Source: Laetmonice hystrix (taxonomy: Eukaryota). From it: 64,000 bases of DNA. The translations under genes and the position numbers were made by a program. The stretch spans positions 19,158,001-19,222,000 of the forward strand of contig OZ249445.1 in the NCBI GenBank assembly GCA_965235115.1, in the 5' to 3' direction. The notes below the pieces were generated by a model. The model did no database searches. It was not told the DNA's origin and saw only the letters and a program-made list of their open reading frames with translations. Each line of letters begins with the position of its first letter. Position 1 is the first letter of the stretch. Of the stretch, positions 13,745 through 25,139 are shown piece by piece.

Positions 13745-14663
13745 CTGGTAGATTTGAGACATGGCTTTTGGCCCAACATCGAGCTGTTAACGTGGAGCAA
13801 AGATTATTCACAGTAATCTGTGGGAAAACGTTACATCAGGATGACATGAAGATGATCAATGATGACATCTTCATTGAAGAGTTCTTTCGTGGCTGTAGCA
13901 TTCTGAAGAGGCTTCACCTCCAGGTGCCAGAAATTGGACTGCTACAAGGGATTGTTATACTGTCTGCAGGTAAGGCACTGATTCTGAAAGTGGGGGTGTT
14001 TCCCCTAAGTGACCAATGTAGTGTAAGTTACTGGGACTTTAATTTCGCAGGATTAAGATTTGGCAATTTATAATTTTCGCATTGTTTATTGTTTCTTAAA
14101 TTAACGTTTTGGCAATGACACTCTTGTTAAAAAGTGAAAAACATATATTAAATTGAAGTTTCATTTCACCACCAGCAAAAAGAACTTAGAATAGTTAATC
14201 ATATTTGAGGCTTGGAACAGTTGGTAATAATGGAATAGATCCACAGAATTAAGTTCCAAGTTTTTTAGTTGGTGTTTCTCTATATATTTTTCAATACGTT
14301 TCGCTCTCAATCCCTCTCGATCTCTCAACAAAAGCAAATTTAAACACTCTAAATACACAAGATCTTCAATACGCATTTATATGTAGTATTTAAAAATGAA
14401 TGCTGTGCTGTTTTCTTCATGCAGACAAGGTTGAAGTGTCCAATCCCGAGAAGGTGGAGGAATACCAGATGACCCTGGTGGAGGCCCTCAAATACTGGTT
14501 AAACAAAACCAGACCAGACGACCCTCACATGTTCCCCCGGTGTATCACAGCTCTGGCTGAACTCCGCCAGGTCGCTCGCTGTCAAAAACGTTCAGAGGAA
14601 GTACTGGAAAATTTGGCTGGGCTAGACGTGCCTCCCCTTCTCCTGGAAATGTGGTCGTCATAA
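13745..14663 (+). CDS. Nuclear receptor LBD C-terminal cassette B (two exons, approx. helices 5-12); no own DBD or LBD N-half found
   Basis: Exons 13745-13969 (phase 1-1, AGRFETWLLAQHRAVNV...EIGLLQGIVILSA) and 14425-14663 (DKVEVSNPEKVEEYQ...VPPLLLEMWSS*). Homologous to exons 5-6 of the upstream gene with identical intron phases; open frame and canonical splice sites. Confidence 0.85.
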
Positions 14664-17600
14664 AGGGGGGGGGGGGGAGATATATTCAGGTCACAGTTTG
14701 ACAGGTTACGTAGAGTTTGATCAGCATTGGGTGCTTTGATGGCTCATCTCAGCTCACCAGATTTTTGTACAGTTTTAGAATGTGTAGAAAAGTCATTGAA
14801 CGTTAAAAGACGAAACTATGTATTTACATGTCCTTTTCTAAGCTCAATACAGTATTTGGCACTAAGTGCATCACATTGTTTCATGCAAAAGTAAATGTTG
14901 TTGATGTAAGCATTTGTCTATCACTGTAAGCATTTGTCTATCGCTGCTAGAAATGGGACCAAAAATACATTTTCCATCATTATTGTGTCCACCCGTTTGC
15001 ATATCACACACATGAAATCCCAGGCCAAAATATTTTTTTCACGGTGGCAAGTTTTTATTTTTACATGTATGGCGAGAACAAACATTTTTTCTGCACCTCC
15101 GCTGAAAAGAAGTTTTGAAGTTTAAAAACCATAGCCCCCCTCGGGTATCCAATGATCTACCCCTAAGGTGACTGGACTTATTGGTCTGTCAGTGTTACCA
15201 GATCAAACCAATCTGTTTTTAATGATTCATTGAATTATTGAAGCATAAAGTCACGATAGTGTGCTGCCTCAACTTTCATAGAGAGCAGAGTCTCTGAGAT
15301 GTCACGATCAGTGAGTTTTGTAAGTCGTTAAATTAGCAAAAATCTTCTAATTGGTTTTATCGACAAAGAGACTAGAACGTTTTACTACGGTGTGTAACTT
15401 ATTATTTTAAATGCTGTAAATTGCTTTTGCCGCCAGTAATTACCGTAGTAATTAAGTATGGCAGGTGTATAAAACAAGAAGACAATTTTGGTGCAAAAAT
15501 AGCTTTGTTCCTGGTTAATTAAAAACTCGAAAATGTGATACCATCAAGGCTTAGCAAGACAGATTTTTTAAAAGACCACAGCTATTCTAGTACTTTTACC
15601 TAAATCTATTGAGCCATCGGTTGTATTCTCTGAATGTACAATTAACTTGTTCCATCGACATGTGATGTCTTTCACCGTTTTTCTTCGAAACACTCTTTGC
15701 ATGAATGTTTTAACACAGTGAAGTGCTGTTGATTGATTGATTTTCTAATCGATATTTGACGAGAAAGTTTTCCCCTATAATGTTGGTTGTATTATATTTT
15801 ACCTTTGGACATGAAAAAGTTACATTGTTTATTATTAACCGGTAGATTATTGCAGTTATTATACATGTATTACAAATAATGATGGAAGAAAGTAGTGGGA
15901 TATTGACTTACATATATGGTTGGTCTTAGTTTTGACTATAGATGATCAGCAAAAATGGCTAAATACTATGTTGCTTTGCCAATGTTTTTACTCACTGTAC
16001 ATGTATTAAGTTACAGGCTGGTCTAAGTCAAAATAGTAACATACGGTATGTCCATTTTTGCAGCATGTTGAAAGTAATAAGTTTTTCTGCTCTCCCATTT
16101 CATGCTGCAAAGTGATTTGTCTGGTTTGTTATTCGAAAATGTCAAAAATACTAGAAAGAATCTAGTAGTACAGTGTTATCTATATTATGTTGATGAGTTT
16201 AGGGGATGCAGTTCCTGTCCAGTGTATTTAAGTTCTGTGCGTTTTTCCAGAATGATTCTTTACATTCTACACAAAGCTTGTACGTGTATGTGGTTAGAGC
16301 CTTGAAAGATGAAGTCTCCAGTAAAAAGCACTTCCGACAGCTCTTTACATATGAAATAGATCAGTTATTGGGAAAAATCGGTAAAGATGAAAAAAGGAAT
16401 AATATTGGTTGATATGTTTGTACCATTACTCCCCAACATGATAATGCTGTATAGATAGAAAATGAGAATGCTTTTACTCGAGTACAAAGAAGATGCAGCT
16501 GTGATAAAGTTTTCGATTTTCATCGTTCTTCAAAGACCAACAATTCGATCCTACCAAGGGTCCAGTTTATATGTTTATATATACTGTATGCCTGTTAATT
16601 GCTTACAAATATACATACCGGTATATAGATATACTCATGAAGACCATTCTGCTCTGCATTCAGCAGGTTATATAGGTTTTAGGTTGACCTTTGCAATTTG
16701 AAACGTGGCACTTCTACAGAGGTTAGAATCAAACACGTGATATTAATATATCAGTGCTTACGTGTCTGTTTCATGTGAAAAATCCTTTCGCCTTAACGTT
16801 TCGCTAAGACACGAAGGTCATAACGGTCTGTGACCAAGGCAAGACGACTACGTCTATAAGTAACATTATAATGGAAGTCATTTGGCATAATCTACTCAAC
16901 TACATGTACTTGTACCTTAGGGATATATATTACTCAAGAGTATCGCTGGCAATACTGTTTTATTGGATCGATAGAAAGGTCATTTAAGGTACATGTCCTA
17001 ATGTAATGCTAATTTTGCTACTTAGACGATTCAGGATTAAGGTGTAGATGGCCATTTAAACGAGCCGCCATATAATTGTAAACCCAAAGGCAGTATTGAT
17101 AATAAAAACTACTTTTCAGTTTCTGTTTCTCATGTACTGTATGTATGAAAATATTGAATTACTCTAAAGGTGGACCCATGCAATTAAGGCTAACCCAGCG
17201 TCGTTAAATGTTGTTGCTACATGATTTTATTTTAAACTGAATGGTCTTAAAGGTAATCGATCACCCTACGGCCTCCGATTTTGGCGAAGCGCTGTCCCCA
17301 TCTCCTACGAATCCGCGTATTTCAAGCTTACCTGATCTTGAATTTATCCCACTGGACTGATAAAACATTCTGTCGTATCCATAACATTGTTGTGCTAGGT
17401 CTATTGTTGATTATGAGCCATAATGAGGCGATACGTCCCATATTTTTCATCTCAATGGACTGAGAACCGAGAACGACCGCCATGGCCGCGTTTGCATTGT
17501 CAGGGCGGTCGTTACTAAGCAACGGGATTGGGCGCATGCGTTGCCTCGCACTGCTCCGCCCGCCCTCCCCCCATAAACCAAATAAGGGCATGATTTGATT

Positions 17601-18336
17601 CGCGTGCTCTCGTCTCTAGTCAAATAGGTAACGCTTAATTGATTAATTAAAAATATTGTCGATATGGACACGCCATGGTACCAGACTGCTAGAAATCCCT
17701 TAAAATAATTGTTTTTACTCAAGTTTTGTTGAATTGACTGCGTTTATTTCAATTTTCGGACAGATCTCCTTTAGGGGAAACTGAGTATTGAGATTAGGCC
17801 TATCATTGCATAATTTCAACTTTTAAAATTACTCTTTGCTAAGGTTTACCGCGAGCAGATAAATTGTACTGGGAAAATGAATCTTGGGTGGATGGAATCA
17901 GGTGGGCGTGTGATTCTGAGGATGTGGACTAAAATAAAATGACGATTTGCAATATAATACTGAGAATCCATCCCCGGGCTATAATCTATAAAGTATTGTT
18001 GTTGTAAGAGGTTCTTTATTTCGAGGAATTTCATGTACCCCCCGGTACATAATAATAAAAGTTCGGAGAGAGGAAACCAAGGAGGGCTTAAATATTATAC
18101 GTAATATGTCATCCGAGAAACAATATTATACAAATATTGTACAGATCTAATCAAGATCCGCGTTGTACAGATCTGATCCGCTCTGACGAGTTGCACAAAA
18201 AGGACACTTGCAAAAGAGAAAAGAGGACTAGTGTTTCCGTCCTGAAGGTGACCAACATTATTTGGGTAGAATCATAGCTGTGTGCCAAAATTTATACTGT
18301 GTGCCTAATGTTTATATTTTGTGTGTGTGTACCTAG

Positions 18337-19176
18337 CTCACCGGCCCGACCTGTGGCTGCTGGGATCACACCGGGCCGTCAATGTGGACAGACAACTGTA
18401 CACGAACAGTGAGGGAACCACCATCGGTGTGGACGATTTGCTCAAGGTGCACGGCGAGCTGTTTGTTCACACACTCTTCCGAGTGTCCAGAATCCTCCAA
18501 TCACTTCACCTCCAGGTTCCCGAGATCTCCCTCCTCCAGGGAATCTGTTTGTTCTACACAGGCAAGTTCCGTGTTTATAACTATTTGAAACAAAAAGATT
18601 CCTTAGGTCTCTTGTCATTTAACTGCCCCCCCCCCCCCCTCAAGAAAAAAATGGATTGCCATTGTATCTCGAGATGTTAACATAATATAATTTAAAAGTT
18701 TACTCTATGATTTGAGGTTATAAATATGTATAGCGTGACTCGGTGAACTGATACCAAACCAGAGAAATAAACTCGCTTTTAATAACAATTCATTTTATTT
18801 TGGGCCTGCATTCTTACCACTGATGTACATTAAGTGGTCTGTGGAAGTTTTAGAAGCACATGACGTTCACGTTTTAATATTCAGAACCGCATAATTCATA
18901 GCATTAACAATTTACATCCACATGTCTTGTCCTGCAGACACCGTAGAGCTGAAGAATCCGGAGAAGGTGGAAGAATGTCAGATGTTATTAGTGGAGGCCC
19001 TCCGTTACTGGCTGCATAAAACCCGTCCAGACAACCGCTTCATGTTCCTTTACTGTATCCACGCCCTGACCGAGCTCCGCGGGGTGGTCGAGTGTCAGGA
19101 GAAACTACAACACATCTTGAACACTTTCGATGGATTCAATATCCCGCCGCTAGTTCTGGAGATGTGGTCCGCATGA
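18337..19176 (+). CDS. Nuclear receptor LBD C-terminal cassette C (two exons); GC-AG intron
   Basis: Exons 18337-18561 (AHRPDLWLLGSHRAVNV...EISLLQGICLFYT; donor AG|GCAAGT) and 18938-19176 (DTVELKNPEKVEECQ...IPPLVLEMWSA*). Same exon lengths as cassette B (225 and 239 nt); first exon 35/75 aa identical to B by manual alignment. Confidence 0.85.
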
Positions 19177-19339
19177 GGCTAATCTCACAGCACGCTTCGG
19201 AACAGTGTAAGAGATGTAAACGATAAGAAATGGATAACTTTCCTGAAATCATGTTGTTGTATTAGCATTCTGAAGTCCCATGAAATCCCGGGAAGGTATT
19301 TCAGTCCAAATATGTTAACAGGACCTTACGATATAGGTA

Positions 19340-20318
19340 CAGTGGTCCCCCTGTTAAAGACCACCCCTTATAAGCGACCGCATTTCCACTGCATTAACCA
19401 CTTCACACTATAATTCCACCCTTATAAGCGACCATCCGGCACTAACGACCAGCGACCGGCATATCACTGCATCAACTCCACTGATCACCCCTTATCAGCG
19501 ACCAGCCTTTGAGAATCAGTCAGCCGTGGCTTGTCATAACACTGTTGTCTCCCCATGCCCGGCTGCCTGGCATCCTGCCGACCGAACACAAACACACACC
19601 CCCCCCCCCCACACACACACTTCCATCCCAGCATGGCCGGCCACGTGTCTCACCTTGCCCACCCGACTTCCATCACATGGCCCCACCACAGCTGCTAGGC
19701 CCAGTCTCTCACCTTCCCCGCCAGGCTTCCATCACACATTAAGCTGACGGTTTTGCTCCCCCTCCTACTACCATGCCTGTTGAAAAAACGGCATGCTAAA
19801 AGAAGAGTCTAGAAAAGCCGTAAATGAAATGAAACAGACAAGACTAGGGTTTTTCTTTGAGTAAAACTAAATATTTTTGTCTTTCTGAACTGAAACCGTG
19901 CCATATTTTAGACTTTGCTCTGCCACAGCAGTATACTCAGATGCTGGACTGCATTACAAACTGCAAGACTTGCTAAAAGAAGAGTCTAGAAAAAGCAATA
20001 AATAAAATGAAACAGACAAGACTAGGGTCTTTCTTTAAGTAAAATAAAATATTTTTTGTCTCTCTGAACTGAAACTGTCATGTTGTCATGTGGGAGGGGT
20101 TATTTGGCAAGAATAACTCCATACCTGCCCCCCCCCCTCTTTGTCCCTCCCTCTAACTGGGAAGTCGCCACCTAGTGTTAACTGTGTGTAGTTATCTCGC
20201 ATGTCGCCACCTGGTGGTAACCATGTGTACTTAACAACCCCTCGTTTAGGCGACCACCCGCCACTAGCGACCACTTTCTCTCTGCAGCAGGGGTGGTCGC
20301 TTATGAGGGGGACCACTG
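19340..20318. mobile_element. Non-autonomous Tc1/mariner (pogo/Tigger-like) element, TA TSD
   Basis: TA|CAGTGGTCCCCCT...AGGGGGACCACTG|TA; repeated TAAGCGACC subterminal motifs; internal ~110 bp direct duplication (~19793 and ~19972). Confidence 0.85.
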
Positions 20319-21539
20319 TAGTTGTTAGGCCTATTGACTAGCCCCACGATTGCCATACATGTGATAGTCTGTGTGGTATGGGCTCAATCTTGTATACAGT
20401 GATAGCAAAGTATTGCTAAGTATAGCTGATTTGAATGGATAATATTCATTTGTATAGTTAGAGCATAAAATGCTCGATTCTTTAACTTTGATAACTGCTA
20501 TTTCGGTGGCCAAAATAACGAAGCAGTAGTTGAACTAATTATACTATTAGGCCTAGGGGTCAGCAAACCTGAGGCAGCGCCTGAACAATTATTTACCAAG
20601 ACCGGTCACTTGAATTTTGAATGTTATATTGTTCTGTGAATAAAAGGGAAAATTATTAGAGGATTCTAACTGACGAAAACTTCTTTCTGATAATTATTTT
20701 AGAACATTTAAATAAAATCATTTAAGACAAAATAGAAAAGCACAAAATTACATACTTTGATATATGATATACATATTTGGTCATTCCCTATAGGCCTATT
20801 AGGCAACAGCTTTTTTCCTTCATAGTAATCTTTATTAGTATTTTTACATTTTACTGAGTACTCGCAGTGTTAAAACATTGCGCGCTCTCTCGCGGTGATA
20901 TGCTTTCATTACCAACGAAGTGATGTTGTCTCTCGCCAGGTGGCTAACCGGGCGACCTGATCTAGTAGCATGATAGGGCCCTTGCAGTTCTATGTAGGCC
21001 TAGGCCTATTTATCAATCGTCTTGCTTGCAAAGCACCACCCCCCACCCCCACACCCCCTCCCTCTCCGACCCGGGACGCCTATGATTATGTAGGGGTGGG
21101 GGAGCACAAACGTTAAAAAGTTCTGGCATTGCCATTGTAGTTGATTTCAACAATAGCACGGATGACATAGAGACTACATAGCATTCTCGCCATGTCATCC
21201 GGTTCTATCCAGATCTCGCTGAGTTGGCCTTATTTGGACGCGCAGGTCCAGCCCTGTGAGGCAGCATCATATGAGAGGATGCCACCGCTGCCTTCCCTTA
21301 CAACGCAACATTTTAACGGGGGGCGCATGGTGTAAAGATGGAGTCTTTAAATTCATAATAGGTATACCCCTACACCACGCCAATTTAACTCTCCTTCATC
21401 TTTATTTAGCCTAATAATATCCTTCAGTCCAGCCAGATAGATCTCTTTATTATATGTTTTATATGTGCTCAAAAGTATAAAGAAATAAAGTTACAATCGC
21501 AATATTTAGTAGTCCACGTGGTTTTAACCTGTACGTAGT

Positions 21540-21676
21540 ATAAGTCCCCGGGAAAGGTTGAGCGATCTGTACGGCTCCGTGAAGGTCTGGGAGTACACTG
21601 ATGGCGTCGAGCAGGCTCAACAAAAACCGTGACAAAGGCATCGATTCCAGATGTTCTGGGCCAAAACCTTGAACTG
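21540..21676 (+). other. Possible non-coding first exon of the SLC16 gene
   Basis: GC-richer segment ending in a consensus donor CTG|GTAAGT at 21677; the coding exon has an acceptor at 25082. Start is approximate and there is no transcript support. Confidence 0.3.
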
Positions 21677-22904
21677 GTAAGTCTGAAGTCGTCACTTGTC
21701 GGTACAACTGCATTCAACTCTACACACCCTTGAAGCATAGGTTTGCCTGGCAACCCGGTGAGCGATATATCAAGGTAGACTTGGTCATAATATTTTGTAG
21801 GGAAGCGTTGCTGGCGTAGCCTAGGCCTAATCGCTCAGCAGGCTCATGTTTATTCAATGTTTGATTGACGTGTACTGCTGATTATTATTCATTAGCCTAG
21901 GGCGGGAGTACTCAAATCTACTCAACTCTGAGTGAGGCGTTCCAAAGAATGTAAATTAGCTCACACTTAGCCTACTAAGTAGGCCTATTTTCGAGAAACC
22001 GGGCCAGACAATACGGGTTGCCTGGAAACCCACCCCCTGCCAAAAAATAGATAATTAATAGATAGGCCTAGGCCTAATTGAATAACTAAATAGATCTAAA
22101 TGATTGACTAAAATTATGGTTGGGTACTTTAGGGATGGCCATAAGGCCATGGTTCTCGATCTGGGAAATTAAAAAAAAAGACATCAAATAATGCATTCTC
22201 GGGACATCTTGTGTGGAAATATGAAGGTTTCCTTTGGTTAAACTAATGCATTTTACACCCCCTTTTTACCAGAATGTCCTTAATATAGTAATTTTTTTAA
22301 GGGGGGGGGGGGGTCCGGGATACTTGGAAACGCCCCTGGATACGCCACTGCCCCCCCCCCTCCCTTAGACTTAGTTCTGCCTACACCCCTGCTGGCACTG
22401 ACCTAGTCATACTATAGAGGGCCCGTATGTATAGGCCTACTTGCATAAAGGTGGCAAATGGGAGTTTAGCAAAACTGAAGTTTAACGTATCAGATTTGTA
22501 CCTCTGTCCGTATGCATAAATAGGGTTCAAGAAAACCAGCGGTTTATAGTTAGGCCCGGGCTACACCCGGTATAAGTGCCAGTATGCAGGAAGATGGTTA
22601 AAGCTTAAATTTTCTTACACCATGCATGCAGGGACAGGGGATTTTAAACCAGGTTTTGGTTAAACCAAAGTATAGTTGTACCTCTTTTATGCATGTACAT
22701 ACGGGCCCAGGGGTCGCAGGCACGTATAGAGGTCTAGGCCTGTAGGGTGGGGGGGGGCAGAGTTTCCGGACCCCCCCCCTTGCCCATGCTGTAAACACAT
22801 TTAGGTAGGCCTCCCAGCCGACACGTGATATCAACATGACGTCATGCTGTTATCACAAATATCTCAGACGCCTGACATCACATGTGTGATCTCGAAGTGA
22901 GCTC

Positions 22905-23826
22905 ACAGTGATGTAAAAATCTCAGAACTACGTCACAGTGACGTCAAAAGTTCCTCACACAGTGATCTCACATTCGTGATCCATTGAAAATCTCATACAG
23001 ATCTCACAAAATTCTCACCATGTGACGTCACAGATATGATTTTAGAACTACGTCACAGTGACGTCACAAATTTCTCACACGGTGATATCACATTCGTGAT
23101 CCATTGAAAATCTCATACAGATCTCACAAAATTCTCACCATATGACGTCAGAGATATGATTTTAGAACTACCTCACATTGACGTCACAAGTTTGTCACAC
23201 AGTGATATCACATTCGTGATCCATCGAAAATCTCGCACAGATGTCACAAAATTCTCACCATGTGACGTCAGAGATATAATTTTAGAACTACGTCACAGTG
23301 ACGTCACAAGTTTCTCACACAGTGATATCACATACGTGATCCATCAAAAATCTCACACAGATCTCACAAAATTCTCACCATGTGACGTCACAGATATGAT
23401 TTTAGAACTACGTCACATTGACGTCACAAGTTTCTCACACGGTGATATCACATTCATGATCCATCGAAAATCTCACACAGAACTCACAAAATTCTCACCA
23501 TTCTCACGTCACAGATATGATTTTAGAACTACGTCACAGTGACGTCACAACTTTCTCACACAGTGATATCACGTTCGTGATCCATCGAAAATCTCATACA
23601 GATCTCACAAAAATTCTCACCATGTGACGTCACAGATATGATTTTAGAACTACGTCACATTGACGTCACAAGTTTCTCACACAGTGATATCACCTTCGTG
23701 ATCCATCGAAAATCTCACACAGATCTCACAAAATTCTCACCATGTGACGTCACAGATATGATTTTAGAACTACGTCACAGTGATGTCACAAGTTATCACA
23801 GGGTGATGCCACACTCGTGATCCATG
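22905..23826. repeat. 120-bp tandem repeat, ~7.5 copies, rich in TGACGTCA palindromes
   Basis: AGAACTAC recurs at ~120-bp period (22924, 23044, 23164, 23284, 23404, ~23525, ~23645, ~23765). Confidence 0.95.
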
Positions 23827-25139
23827 GAAAATCTGGGAAAACCTACGTACGCCACCCCATTATTGACAAAGTAGGCTGACAAGGTATGGCTGAGTTGGTT
23901 TCATCATACCCTTATTGCACTGCACCCCTGATAAAACAACCGATAGGCCTACTGGCGATAAGGCCTAGGCTATCAGTGGCGGATCGGGGGGGGGGGGGGG
24001 GGGTGCACTCCCCCCTTACAAAGTAGGTCTTATTTTTCTTTTTCTGCTTGAAAGGTTCAAACCAAACTTGGCGCCAACCTGGATCCACCTTTGCCTCTTC
24101 CTAAAAGATGTAGGCCTAGGCCTAGGCTAATAGTTCATGCTCTTCATGCGTAGGTCTACGGGGGGGGGGGGGGCGCACAATGCTCAAAATAGTTCAGACA
24201 GCTAGAAAATGATTAGGCCCATTAGGTTAATCAAACTTATAATATAGGGCCTCATGATAGGCCTTATCAATAGATTCTATTGTGTTTTACTCCTGGTCCA
24301 TGTACATGTATTAACATAGTCGTTAGAGGTAAGCCGAACCACTTTTACAGTATCTTGGTATGTACGGAGAACCCACGGCGCCACCCAGACAGCCAAACCT
24401 CAACAGAGCGCCTAGTTGGTGGCTTCTTATGGCATTCAGATAAAGCCGCTCTGAGATCAGATTAACCGAGTCAATTGAAAACTAAACAGTGAAGTCAAGG
24501 GGTTCGCTTTAAAGCCAGGTACACAAAGCACCTTTATAGTAAAACCAGGGCATGGGCCCAGACTAAAAAGTGGGTCATTTCATAGGCTTACATCTGCTCT
24601 CATAAACGCCTCTTTCGCCTTTCAACAGAGCCAAACCGCCTGGTTATAGGTCTATCATAGAACTGTACTGGCAGGGAGTTCTATGGTTATCGTACAGGAT
24701 AACCAGGTACATGTATTAATAACAGTATTGGCGGCGGAAATGGCGAGAGTAGGTTATTTTATCCTAGTACAATCTTTGCCTACCTATATTTGGCTATAGT
24801 GCCGTATAGGATATAGGATGGAGTGTGTATATGCTATTGATTTTAAATTGGTCTTAGGCACTGCGGCCACAGGAAGCTACAGGATGATACTTCCTATACT
24901 TGTCTGTATATTATGAATGTATGTCTGTTGCTATATGGTTCTGTGCATGTTATCTATCTGGTAACAGATATAATTTTTTTCGTCATAAAATAGGGCCTAA
25001 TGTCGGGAGATTGTGGGTACGGTGGATGCATGGATACCTTTGTAATATTGTTCATTTGCCCTCTTAAAATTATATTTGACAGGAAAGCAAACATGAGCAA
25101 AAGGTAGACAAAGCAGGAAGTACGTATACCATCTATACG

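Noticed and set aside
17480-17650. Promoter-like cluster (CCAAT, GCGCATGCG, GC box) upstream of cassette C
   Set aside because: Lies in a probable TTAA-type element remnant; no initiating exon or in-frame ATG could be linked to cassette C.
13745-19176. Cassettes B and C as pseudogenes or independent DBD-less genes
   Set aside because: Frames and splice sites are intact despite ~50% divergence; both start at phase-1 acceptors, and cassette C's first exon has no Met. Not fully excluded without transcripts.
23156-23820. Repetitive ORFs (MILELRHSDVTSF...) and a possible CRISPR-like array
   Set aside because: Translations of the 120-bp tandem repeat; units are contiguous with no unique spacers, and the context is eukaryotic.
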